IMG/VR virus record: IMGVR_UViG_3300034068_000566
Span: 31,290 to 95,289 of that record
Strand: one strand, 5' to 3'
DNA length: 64,000 nt
From: a virus
The stretch's first letter is position 1; the number at the start of each line of letters is the position of its first letter. Shown piece by piece: positions 9,224 to 18,358 of the stretch. The position numbers and the translations under genes are program-made. The notes under the pieces were generated by a model that was not told where the DNA came from, searched no databases, and saw nothing but the letters and a program-made list of their open reading frames with translations.

Positions 9224-9978
9224 ACCTAGAGAATAAAGTTAGGCTAACAAAAGACATAGTTGTTTATAAAAATTTTATAAGCAAAGAGGATTGTCAAAAG
9301 ATGATTCAAGCATTAGATGCTCAGGCAGATAATGGTGCACTCTCTTGGATGCCTATTTCATTTTATGAATCATACTCTTCTGTCCTTCCACAAGACAATG
9401 ATCAAGAGTTGCTTGATGCTGAACTATCTCCAACTATTTTTTCAGACATTGAAAAAACAATGCCAGAGGCAATTGCTTCAGTTCATGACTTAGATCCAAA
9501 GACAATTTCTAAGATTGGATACCATACACAAAAGTGGGAGCCAGGAGCATACGCAAGAATTCACTCTGATAATACAGATGCTCAAGGAAATTCAGGAGCA
9601 TTTACAAGAAGTCGTTATGCAGGGTTCCTATATCTAAACGATGACTTTGAAGGGGGACTGCTTAAGTTTCCAAGTCATAACATAGAGATTAAACCAGAAG
9701 TTGGAATGCTTGCTGTTTTTGACGGGGGATTTAGCAACATGCACGAAGTCTCCCTAATAGAAAGTGGAGTAAGATATACCATTGGATCTTTTTGGGATGA
9801 CAGAGAAGAAGATGCTTACCCACAAGAATTAAGAGATGCCTGGGCTGCAGAAATGAAAGAGACTAGAGCAAAACAAGAAATTGAAAGAGCCGAATGGCAA
9901 GATCTTTTAAAAGAAGGATGGAAGTTGGATGCTGCTGGAAATAAATATAAGGTAGAAGATTTAGGGAATAATGTCTAA
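9220..9978 (+). CDS. 2OG-Fe(II) oxygenase, P4H-like (#5)
   Basis: HSD...YLNDDFEGGLLKF...MHEV....GVRYT. Confidence 0.9.
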   Translation: MNLENKVRLTKDIVVYKNFISKEDCQKMIQALDAQADNGALSWMPISFYESYSSVLPQDNDQELLDAELSPTIFSDIEKTMPEAIASVHDLDPKTISKIGYHTQKWEPGAYARIHSDNTDAQGNSGAFTRSRYAGFLYLNDDFEGGLLKFPSHNIEIKPEVGMLAVFDGGFSNMHEVSLIESGVRYTIGSFWDDREEDAYPQELRDAWAAEMKETRAKQEIERAEWQDLLKEGWKLDAAGNKYKVEDLGNNV

Positions 9979-10630
9979 TTTTCTAACAAGCATACTAAAA
10001 GAAAATAATTTTCAGGTTGAAGAAGTTACTGATGATATTGTTTTAGTTAAAGATTTTTTTTCTAAAGATGATCTAGATCAAGTTTTTAATATTATAGACT
10101 CAACTCCAAATGAAGAGTGGTTTATAGAATATCATGCTAACTTAAAAAACTTTTGTATGCAAAAATTTGGCAGAGATGATGTTGATAATTTAGTTGCAGA
10201 AGGTAAATTTGAAATAACTCAAAACTGGCAAGATAAAAATTTAAATATAGGACAACACCCATTTCAAAAAACCTTGTTCGATAGACTAAATAATTTAGTT
10301 CAAAATGTTGACAACACAATAGAGTTAAGTGGTTTTGCAACTATTCAAAGGATGCAAGAGGGTGTCGAGTTAAAAGCTCACACAGATCAAGATACAGATC
10401 CATCGATTAGGTACGCTGCCATTCTGTATTTAAATAATGATTATGTTGACGGAGAGTTGTTTTTTCCAAACAATGGCTTAGAGTTTAAGCCTGATCCTGG
10501 GTCAATGCTTATTTTTCCAGGCACAGCAGAATATAATCATGGAGTAAAGCATGTAGGTCCAGGACCAATTAGATATGTTTTGGTTGGATTTATTAAGGTT
10601 AAAAATTTTTATGATAACAATAAATACTAA
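9971..10630 (+). CDS. 2OG-Fe(II) oxygenase, P4H-like (#6)
   Basis: HTD...YLNNDYVDGELFF...FPG...YNHGV.....IRY. Confidence 0.9.
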   Translation: MSNFLTSILKENNFQVEEVTDDIVLVKDFFSKDDLDQVFNIIDSTPNEEWFIEYHANLKNFCMQKFGRDDVDNLVAEGKFEITQNWQDKNLNIGQHPFQKTLFDRLNNLVQNVDNTIELSGFATIQRMQEGVELKAHTDQDTDPSIRYAAILYLNNDYVDGELFFPNNGLEFKPDPGSMLIFPGTAEYNHGVKHVGPGPIRYVLVGFIKVKNFYDNNKY

Positions 10631-10641
10631 AGGAGAAATAA

Positions 10642-11373
10642 ATGAATAAAGAACTACTAGACCCAAAGGTATACTATTATACTGACGCAATTGAAAATTT
10701 TGACAAATTTAAACAAGTTTGGAAAGAGTTAGACACTCTTGAGCAATATGATGAGTTAGGGGTAAATGTTTGGAACCCTTGGACATCTTCTAACGATAAA
10801 ACTTTTATCTACGGAGAAACAAAAACTTTTGATGCTAATGCAATAAGCAATCTTAGTGGAGATGTAGCAGAAAAAAGTAAATATATTTATGATGCCGTTA
10901 TGACTACAATGTATAATGTTTGTAAAGACTATGCATCCTCTATGGGAGACTTTGATGAGCCAAGACTTTTTCCAACATTTAACATAAAAAAGTACAATAC
11001 TGGAATGGCTATGGGGGCGCACTTTGATCAACTCGATGGCGATAAGACATTGAGATATTCTTTGGTAATGTATTTAAACGATGACTGTGAAGGCGGAGAA
11101 ATTTCTTTTCAGTTAAAGGACTATGATGGTGGATGGACTAGCTCAGAAGGTTGGGTAAGTGGCGCACCAGCAGTAGAGTTAGACTATGATCTTGCAGTTG
11201 CAAACAAAGCTATTAGTTTTGGTGTAAAACCTAAAGAAAATAGCGTTGTAATATTTCCAGCATATGCTCCATATTTTCACACGGCACACACAGTTAAGTC
11301 TGGCGTAAAGTATATGATTCCTGGACATTGGATCCATAACAATATGGAGCTTAATCAAAGCCAGAGCATGTAA
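10642..11373 (+). CDS. 2OG-Fe(II) oxygenase, P4H-like (#7)
   Basis: HFD...YLNDDCEGGEISF...FPA..PYFHTAH...GVKY. Confidence 0.9.
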   Translation: MNKELLDPKVYYYTDAIENFDKFKQVWKELDTLEQYDELGVNVWNPWTSSNDKTFIYGETKTFDANAISNLSGDVAEKSKYIYDAVMTTMYNVCKDYASSMGDFDEPRLFPTFNIKKYNTGMAMGAHFDQLDGDKTLRYSLVMYLNDDCEGGEISFQLKDYDGGWTSSEGWVSGAPAVELDYDLAVANKAISFGVKPKENSVVIFPAYAPYFHTAHTVKSGVKYMIPGHWIHNNMELNQSQSM

Positions 11374-12042
11374 TTGAAAACAGCAATTGTAACTGGAGCA
11401 AGTAAGGGTGTTGGATTAGCAACAGTTAAGCGCTTGTCTGAAAATGGGTATAAAGTAATTGCTGTTTCAAGAAACCTTTCAAAAGTCTCTGAACTAATAT
11501 CTGATAATGTTGAGGTATATAATCTAGACATTACAGACTCTAAAGCAATAGAAGTGTTCTTTGAAAAATACAAAGACATTACTTTAGACCTTTTAGTTAA
11601 TAATGCTGGAGGAGGGTCAGGCCCAACTCATATTATTAATGAGACTCCAGAAAACTTTAGAAAAGCTTATGATATAAATGTAACTGGCCCTATGTACCTA
11701 TCTCAACTATTTGCTCCATGTATGGAAAAGTCAGAGTCTCCAACAATTATCTTTATTACTTCTTTTGGAGGAAAGGTACCATATCGTGGTGGAGGAAACT
11801 ATACAAATGCGAAGAGAGGTGAACGTGGTCTTATTGATACAATGAGACTTGAGTTTCCTCAATTTGGGATTAAGATTACAGAAATCTGTCCAGCAACTAT
11901 TGATACCCAAGAACAAAAACGGGATCAAGCATTAACCGCAGAAGATTTAGCAGAAGCAATTTACTGGGTAGGATCATTACCAAGTCATGTTAATATAAAT
12001 GAAATTGAAATCTGTCATATTCACAGCAGCAAGTATGGTTAA
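11374..12042 (+). CDS. Short-chain dehydrogenase/reductase (YdfG-like, NADP-type)
   Basis: TGASKGVG, LVNNAG, catalytic S...YTNAK, LPSHVNINEI C-terminus. Confidence 0.9.
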   Translation: MKTAIVTGASKGVGLATVKRLSENGYKVIAVSRNLSKVSELISDNVEVYNLDITDSKAIEVFFEKYKDITLDLLVNNAGGGSGPTHIINETPENFRKAYDINVTGPMYLSQLFAPCMEKSESPTIIFITSFGGKVPYRGGGNYTNAKRGERGLIDTMRLEFPQFGIKITEICPATIDTQEQKRDQALTAEDLAEAIYWVGSLPSHVNINEIEICHIHSSKYG

Positions 12043-12136
12043 CTATTTCTTTATAACACTTTTGTTATATAAAAGTGCTAACCATAAACAATAACTTTAT
12101 AGATTGAAATCAAGCGTAGAATTGTTTTAAATTACC

Positions 12137-12145
12137 TGCTATACT
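12137..12145 (+). promoter_or_regulatory. Extended -10 promoter (TGCTATACT) for RNR, followed by an 8-bp hairpin at 12150-12174
   Basis: Consensus motif; AGTACTTT/AAAGTACT inverted repeat; AAGGTGG RBS. Confidence 0.55.
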
Positions 12146-12204
12146 TAGGAGTACTTTCAATTCTACAAAGTACTAATACAATAATAGAAAGGTGGCATAC
12201 TTAA

Positions 12205-14190
12205 ATGTCAGATGTTTTTTCATTTCGTTTATCAGAGGATTTTGTAACAAAATATAGTAATACTCCAGCACCGTTTGGATTTGCAGATGCGGGGGAAAAC
12301 TCTTTAGGAGAAATTACTTTTATTCGTACCTATTCTCGTGTAAAAGAAGACGGAACAAAAGAACGTTGGCACGAAGTTTGTCGTCGTGTTATTGAAGGCA
12401 TGTATTCAGTTCAAAAAAATCATGCTAAAGATAATCGTCTAGGCTGGAATGACAATAAAGCTCAGAAGTCTGCACAAGAAGCATTCCAAAGAATGTTTGA
12501 ATTAAAGTGGACCCCTCCAGGTCGTGGTATGTGGACATTTGGAACAGCCATGACTATGGAAAAGAAAAACTCAGCAGCGCTACAAAACTGTGCAATGGTT
12601 TCTACAAAAGACCTTGACAAGAATGATCCAGGGGCTTTGTTTGCTTGGGTTATGGATGCCTTAATGCTTGGTATTGGTGTAGGGTTTGACACAATAGGAC
12701 AAGAGAAGAATTTTTCTATTTATGCTCCAACAGAACCAGCAGTTATCTTTGAAATTCCAGATACTCGTGAGGGCTGGGTAGAATCAGTACGTATACTATT
12801 AAACTCTTACCTAAGATCAAATCAACCTATCCAAAAGTTTAATTATGACCTTATCAGACCTCTAGGAGCACCAATTAAGGGCTTTGGAGGGGTCGCTAGC
12901 GGTCCAGCACCACTCATTGCATTACACGATAAGATCAATCATGTCATAGGCTCTAGAGCAGGGGAAATCCTAGATTCTCGTGCTATTACAGACATCGTCA
13001 ACCTTATTGGAACATGTGTTGTTTCAGGAAATGTCCGTCGTTCTGCAACCTTAGCTTTAGGTGCTCCAGGAGATGAAGATTTTATTAATTTAAAAAACCC
13101 AGAAGTATTCCCAGAACGTAACTCCTATGATTCAGATAATCCAGGATGGGCATGGATGTCTAATAATTCTATTGCAGCAACAGTTGGAATGGATTATGAA
13201 AAATATACAGATTTAATTGTAAACAATGGAGAGCCAGGTTTTATTTGGCTTGATGTTGCTCGTAACTATGGTCGTCTTGCAGATCCAGCGGATGGAAAAG
13301 ACTATCGTGTTATGGGCTTTAATCCTTGTGCGGAGCAGCCATTAGAATCATACGAACTTTGTACACTTGTAGAAGTGCACTTAAACCGTCATGATTCCAA
13401 GACTGTAACTCTTCTTCCAACACATTGGCAGCAAACAAACGGTATTATGCAACGCAACCGTCGTATTGGTACATCTCTTACTGGTATTGCATCATTTGCA
13501 GATCAAAATGGATTACCAATTGTTCGTGAATGGATGGACGAAGGTTATAACAAGATACGTTATTATGATAAAAAATATTCAGAGTGGTTGTGTGTTCGTG
13601 AATCAATTCGTGTAACAACTGTTAAGCCATCTGGATCAGTTTCAATTCTTTCTGGTGCAACCCCTGGGGTTCACTGGGGACCTGGAGGAAACTTCTTCCT
13701 TCGTGCTATTCGTTTTGGAAACACAGATCCAATGCTTCATTTGTTTAAAGCAGCAGGGTATAAAATTGAAGACGATCTAGTATCAGCAAACACATCAGTA
13801 GTTTATTTCCCAGTTAAATCAGGTCATCCAAGATCTGAAAAGGATGTAACCCTGTTTGAAAAGATAAACCTTGCTGCAACAGCTCAAAAGTATTGGTCTG
13901 ACAATGGAGTATCTGTAACTCTATCCTTTGATAAGGAGACAGAGTCAAAGCATGTTCCAACAGTTTTGCATATGTACGAGGGACAACTAAAGGCAGTATC
14001 ATTCCTTCCAATGGGAAATCATACTTATCCACAACAGCCATATACTCAGATCACAGAAGAAGAATATGATTACTATGTTGGTCGTATCGGTCATATTGAT
14101 TTCTCTGCTATTTATGACGGGGTAGATAATCTTGAGGCACTTGGCGAAAGCTATTGCACTACAGACTACTGTGAGATTAAAATTAAATAG
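12205..14190 (+). CDS. nrdJ: Class II (adenosylcobalamin-dependent, monomeric RTPR-type) ribonucleotide reductase; apparent internal ~15-aa deletion
   Basis: RTYSR, PPGRG, ALQNC, GNVRRSA, NPCAEQPL..YELCTL, TTVKPSGSVS, C-terminal CTTDYC; no small-subunit gene adjacent. Confidence 0.92.
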   Translation: MSDVFSFRLSEDFVTKYSNTPAPFGFADAGENSLGEITFIRTYSRVKEDGTKERWHEVCRRVIEGMYSVQKNHAKDNRLGWNDNKAQKSAQEAFQRMFELKWTPPGRGMWTFGTAMTMEKKNSAALQNCAMVSTKDLDKNDPGALFAWVMDALMLGIGVGFDTIGQEKNFSIYAPTEPAVIFEIPDTREGWVESVRILLNSYLRSNQPIQKFNYDLIRPLGAPIKGFGGVASGPAPLIALHDKINHVIGSRAGEILDSRAITDIVNLIGTCVVSGNVRRSATLALGAPGDEDFINLKNPEVFPERNSYDSDNPGWAWMSNNSIAATVGMDYEKYTDLIVNNGEPGFIWLDVARNYGRLADPADGKDYRVMGFNPCAEQPLESYELCTLVEVHLNRHDSKTVTLLPTHWQQTNGIMQRNRRIGTSLTGIASFADQNGLPIVREWMDEGYNKIRYYDKKYSEWLCVRESIRVTTVKPSGSVSILSGATPGVHWGPGGNFFLRAIRFGNTDPMLHLFKAAGYKIEDDLVSANTSVVYFPVKSGHPRSEKDVTLFEKINLAATAQKYWSDNGVSVTLSFDKETESKHVPTVLHMYEGQLKAVSFLPMGNHTYPQQPYTQITEEEYDYYVGRIGHIDFSAIYDGVDNLEALGESYCTTDYCEIKIK

Positions 14191-14221
14191 GTCTTCTGTG
14201 GTAAAATAGGTTAGGAGAACT

Positions 14222-17200
14222 ATGACTAACCCATCTAACTTATATGCTGAAAAGATTTTTGCGGAACATCCATTGGCTTTGTGGGCACTGGATGATAAGG
14301 TTGACTATATATCTTTAATCACTGAGTCTCAAAGAAATCTATCAAACTGGACAATAACTAATGGGTCTTCAGAGTCATTCACCTTTGATTATCCAGTGTT
14401 TGATCAGCCCTTTCCAGAAAGTTATATTGGTTTATTTTCTGCCGATGTACCCTCTAACCCTATAGAGCAAATAGTTGCAATAAGCGATGACATCTTAAAC
14501 TTTAACGACTTCAGCTCTGAACTGTCAACATTTTCTGTAGGAGCTTGCTTATATTCTTTAAGTCCATATATTAATAGCGTTGAAATTGGATATGAGTATT
14601 ACGATACAACAACCTCTTCTACTGTACAACACTTAAAAAGTTTTGACATATCGTTAACAGATCAGTGGTTTTTTATTTCTGAAACCTTTGGTATTCTTCC
14701 AGAAAGCGCAACAGTTAGAATTGTTGTTAAAATAAACTATTTGTCTGGATCGTTATCTGCAGAAGACTACTTGTTTTTAATTAATGGAATTTCTTTGGGT
14801 CAATGGAGTGAAGAGTTTCAGTCGTATTCTTTAGGAATCAACCCTCAAACCTTGCCTGCTGGAATTTTTTCATCTACAACAAAAGGAATTAAAGCATATT
14901 CTTATGGATTAGAAGAAGAGTTTGGATACTACTTAACTGAGAATGAAACACTTTTATCTAAAAATTCAGGACTGCCAATTGTTTATGGATCTTCTAATGT
15001 TACGGCCTTATCGCCAAGTTCTAATGGTATGCCATCTTTAATAATTCCAGGCAAAGGCTTTTTAAATAAAATTGGTCAATACAAAGACTATACTTTTGAG
15101 ATGTGGTTAAAAGTAGCCGTAGACTCTACAGAACCTAAAAAAATATTTGGAAATCTTAGGGGAGACAACGGTCTATGGGTTGATGGTTCTTTCCTTATCC
15201 TTAAAATAGGATCAAGTCTTGGGTCTTATTTTGTTGGCGAGTGGGACAGGCCCATGCTAATCCACATAACTGTTTCAGAGAATAACTCTTCTTTATTGGT
15301 TAATGGAGAAGAAGTAATCTCTCTAACTTATCTAAGCACAGATCTAGAATTTCCAGAAATTTATTCCGACACCCTAAGTAATGACTGGCTTGGCTTTTGG
15401 TCTTATGACGACGTCTATCCTTTTCAAATTGATTGTGTTGCAATTTATCCTTACAGAGTTTCTTCTATTGTTGCAACAAGAAGGTTTGTATATGGACAAG
15501 GAGTTGAGTTTCCAGAAGGGATAAATCAGTCTTATAGCGGAACGTCTGTTTTTATTGACTATCCTTTTGCAGACTATACAAACAACTACTCTTATCCTAA
15601 TATGGCTAGTTGGAATCAAGGATCTGTTGATAACCTTACAACTAATAATGGAATTTTATCAACCCCAGAATACTTCCTGCCAGACATTGTTGTAAGTAAT
15701 AAGACTGATCAAGATTTTTATTCAGATAATGCGTCTAGTCAAAATGAATCTGACCTATTCTTTTCTTTATATCCTGGAGGTCTAGATTCTTGGGACTACT
15801 CAGAAGGATATCTTTTATTTAATAATTTAAGTTTTTTACAAGAAGAAATTAAATGTTTCTATGGAATATTTAAATCTAAGTCTCCAGCAATTAATGAAAT
15901 TCTTATTTACATTGACTCAGCAGACTCAAATGACTATTTTGAAATTTCTTTAAATGGCAGTGTAATTTCTTATAAGTTGAATTATAATGGAATCTTAGAA
16001 ACAGTATATCAATCGTATGGATATTCAACGGGAGAAACATTTGTTTCTGGAATTCATATAGACTCCTTTGTAAGTCATTTTGGTGGAAACGTAGCCTCAT
16101 TTTTTGGTAATCGTGGGAGTTTAAGACCTTATGTCGGTGGCAAAAAAGAACTAGAGAATACTTTTAAAGGAAATATCTATAATGTAGGATTCTCTAATAA
16201 TAAAAACTATCAGCAAATTAAAGATTTTTTTAACGACATTGGCGTTCCAGTAAACTATGAGAATGTTTTTAATTTATACGGTAGCCTTGTAGACTATGAT
16301 GCTGGAGAAACTTACTTTGGCAATCAGGCGTCTTATTGGCAGTTTTTATTAAACGGAGGGACTCCTTCAGGGTTTTCAACTTATATGCTTATTAACCATA
16401 CAGCAAGCTACACCCTGTCTCCAGTATTATACTTTGGCGAATATAGTTTAGATATTGATATTAATGGTTCCTGGAAAGACTATCTTCCACTTTCTTATTT
16501 TGCTCAATACGTAAAGAATGCAAAAGACGATTTTTATTACGATTTAGATTTTTTGCAATTTAATATTAACTACCCAGAACCTTCAAAGTTTGTTGAAGAT
16601 CAATCTTCTGGCACTTGGACATATCAAGAACTTAAAGAGCAATACGCAATTCCTGTACAAAGAACATATGAGTCACTAGATAATCAACTTTATACAGGGT
16701 ACAACGATTATTCAGATTTGCAAAACAAGTCAATAAAAAACTATAAGTATGACACCTCTACATCAATGGTAAAGACCCATATATCATTTGAGTACTTATC
16801 TTCTGGAGCCAATGCAATAGATGAATTTTTTACCTATGCTGAGCTAGCTCCTAAAGAAGGAGTTATTGAACCAGGGACCAATTGGATAAACACAAAGTAT
16901 GAAGTAGTTAATAATACAATCTTGTATCCTCCAAAAACTTCAGACATTTTAGATATTGCTGTAGTAACGCATGTTGACTTTACTGTTAAATCCTCTTTAA
17001 AGAAAAGGGTTAATATTAAAAGTTTACAACTTTGCTCTCAAGCCTTTAATGATGTTTCTCCAAATCCTATTGGTACAAGATTTGGAACTTCTATTTATCC
17101 ATACAAAAAGACAGGGATTTACTATGACTATAAAAGTCCAAACCCTTTTACCATATACAAAGGAAGCTCTCCATATTTATACACAACAAGGCATAGCGGT

Positions 17201-17935
17201 ATAGAGTTAAAAGGAACTTATGACCCAATAGTTAATCGTGGAGTATCAATTCCAATAAATCAAAACGCAGTAAGCTCGTTTAAGGTTATTGCAATTCAGG
17301 CAGCAATTAGATATACTCAAGACTTTTTCCCTTTTGCAGCAACAGAAATATTTGAGATTGAGTCACGGGATAAGGTAATTAAAATTTATATGGTCGCCAA
17401 TGATCCACAGGGTAGAAGAGCAAAACTCTATGCTGTTGATTCCTACAGTGGACAGATTTCAAATGATATTGGATTTTACTGGAATGGTAAGGTTGTTAAA
17501 GAGCCTATAATTACCACCAAGGATTGGGGCTTCTTAGGTCTTTCATTTATTAATGCTCTTAATTTTTCAAATATTGTGGGATCAATTAAAATAACTGGAC
17601 CAATTTTAACTAATACTATTTCTTATTATCAATCAACAAATTTACAAGAAAAGCAAAAGGTAGTAAATAGGCCATGGTTTAAAGTCAAGACAGATATATC
17701 TACTGAGCTTGACTGGAATTACTGGGATTCACCAAGCGTAACTTGGAATAATGTTTTGATTCTTGCCTCTAGCAGTTATTATGGGGTAGATCCATCAATT
17801 ATTTATAAGATTTACACAGGAACCAACAAGATCATTGTGGGAGACGGTCCAGATAAGATTTTAAAGTTTGGGTCTTACCAATATCTATTCTATCAAGATG
17901 TTTTATGGACAAGCAACACAGAGAATGCTATCTAA
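14222..17935 (+). CDS. Large virion structural protein with LamG/ConA-like segments
   Basis: YAEKIFAEHPLALWALD N-terminus and YTFEMW...LLVNGEEV...IDCVAIY LamG-like pattern; aromatic/beta-rich; TGGTAAAAT and AGGAG upstream. Confidence 0.6.
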   Translation: MTNPSNLYAEKIFAEHPLALWALDDKVDYISLITESQRNLSNWTITNGSSESFTFDYPVFDQPFPESYIGLFSADVPSNPIEQIVAISDDILNFNDFSSELSTFSVGACLYSLSPYINSVEIGYEYYDTTTSSTVQHLKSFDISLTDQWFFISETFGILPESATVRIVVKINYLSGSLSAEDYLFLINGISLGQWSEEFQSYSLGINPQTLPAGIFSSTTKGIKAYSYGLEEEFGYYLTENETLLSKNSGLPIVYGSSNVTALSPSSNGMPSLIIPGKGFLNKIGQYKDYTFEMWLKVAVDSTEPKKIFGNLRGDNGLWVDGSFLILKIGSSLGSYFVGEWDRPMLIHITVSENNSSLLVNGEEVISLTYLSTDLEFPEIYSDTLSNDWLGFWSYDDVYPFQIDCVAIYPYRVSSIVATRRFVYGQGVEFPEGINQSYSGTSVFIDYPFADYTNNYSYPNMASWNQGSVDNLTTNNGILSTPEYFLPDIVVSNKTDQDFYSDNASSQNESDLFFSLYPGGLDSWDYSEGYLLFNNLSFLQEEIKCFYGIFKSKSPAINEILIYIDSADSNDYFEISLNGSVISYKLNYNGILETVYQSYGYSTGETFVSGIHIDSFVSHFGGNVASFFGNRGSLRPYVGGKKELENTFKGNIYNVGFSNNKNYQQIKDFFNDIGVPVNYENVFNLYGSLVDYDAGETYFGNQASYWQFLLNGGTPSGFSTYMLINHTASYTLSPVLYFGEYSLDIDINGSWKDYLPLSYFAQYVKNAKDDFYYDLDFLQFNINYPEPSKFVEDQSSGTWTYQELKEQYAIPVQRTYESLDNQLYTGYNDYSDLQNKSIKNYKYDTSTSMVKTHISFEYLSSGANAIDEFFTYAELAPKEGVIEPGTNWINTKYEVVNNTILYPPKTSDILDIAVVTHVDFTVKSSLKKRVNIKSLQLCSQAFNDVSPNPIGTRFGTSIYPYKKTGIYYDYKSPNPFTIYKGSSPYLYTTRHSGIELKGTYDPIVNRGVSIPINQNAVSSFKVIAIQAAIRYTQDFFPFAATEIFEIESRDKVIKIYMVANDPQGRRAKLYAVDSYSGQISNDIGFYWNGKVVKEPIITTKDWGFLGLSFINALNFSNIVGSIKITGPILTNTISYYQSTNLQEKQKVVNRPWFKVKTDISTELDWNYWDSPSVTWNNVLILASSSYYGVDPSIIYKIYTGTNKIIVGDGPDKILKFGSYQYLFYQDVLWTSNTENAI

Positions 17936-17953
17936 TATGGTATACTTATGGTT

Positions 17954-18358
17954 ATGAATATTGAAAATCAAAAGAAAAAGCGTAAACCAGCCCCTAAGAT
18001 GAAGGGACAAGTTGGTGAGTCCAAGGTAAAAGTTATTGAAAAGCATTACGATTGGGGCTTGTATGTCTACAAAAAGGCTAGCGGTAAATGGTTTACAGAC
18101 GGAAATGGCTCAGTTCTAAACATCCCCTCAATGAAGGGTGACCTTTCTAAAATTTCTGAACTCAAAACAGCAGCAAAGCATTATGGTGATGAAGGAGATG
18201 GAACGTGTGTATTTGTTCCAGGACTTACTAGAATTTCAGAAGAAGAGTATTCTGAGCAAAAGCAAAGAATGTCAGAAGGCTTAATTCCTTCTTTAAACGA
18301 TCTTGGTGCAGTCCAGGCAGCAAAAGATACAATTGCAAAATATGGAAGTGATGACTAA
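17954..18358 (+). CDS. Hypothetical protein upstream of portal (leaderless start likely at 17954)
   Basis: TGGTATACT at 17938-17946, 7 nt before the ATG; stop overlaps the portal start (TAATG). Confidence 0.65.
   Translation: MNIENQKKKRKPAPKMKGQVGESKVKVIEKHYDWGLYVYKKASGKWFTDGNGSVLNIPSMKGDLSKISELKTAAKHYGDEGDGTCVFVPGLTRISEEEYSEQKQRMSEGLIPSLNDLGAVQAAKDTIAKYGSDD

Noticed and set aside
4798-11373. Oxygenases as Tet/JBP or AlkB DNA-modifying enzymes
   Set aside because: Motifs match the P4H-like family, and no methylase, base kinase or glycosyltransferase is adjacent; disfavoured but not strictly excluded
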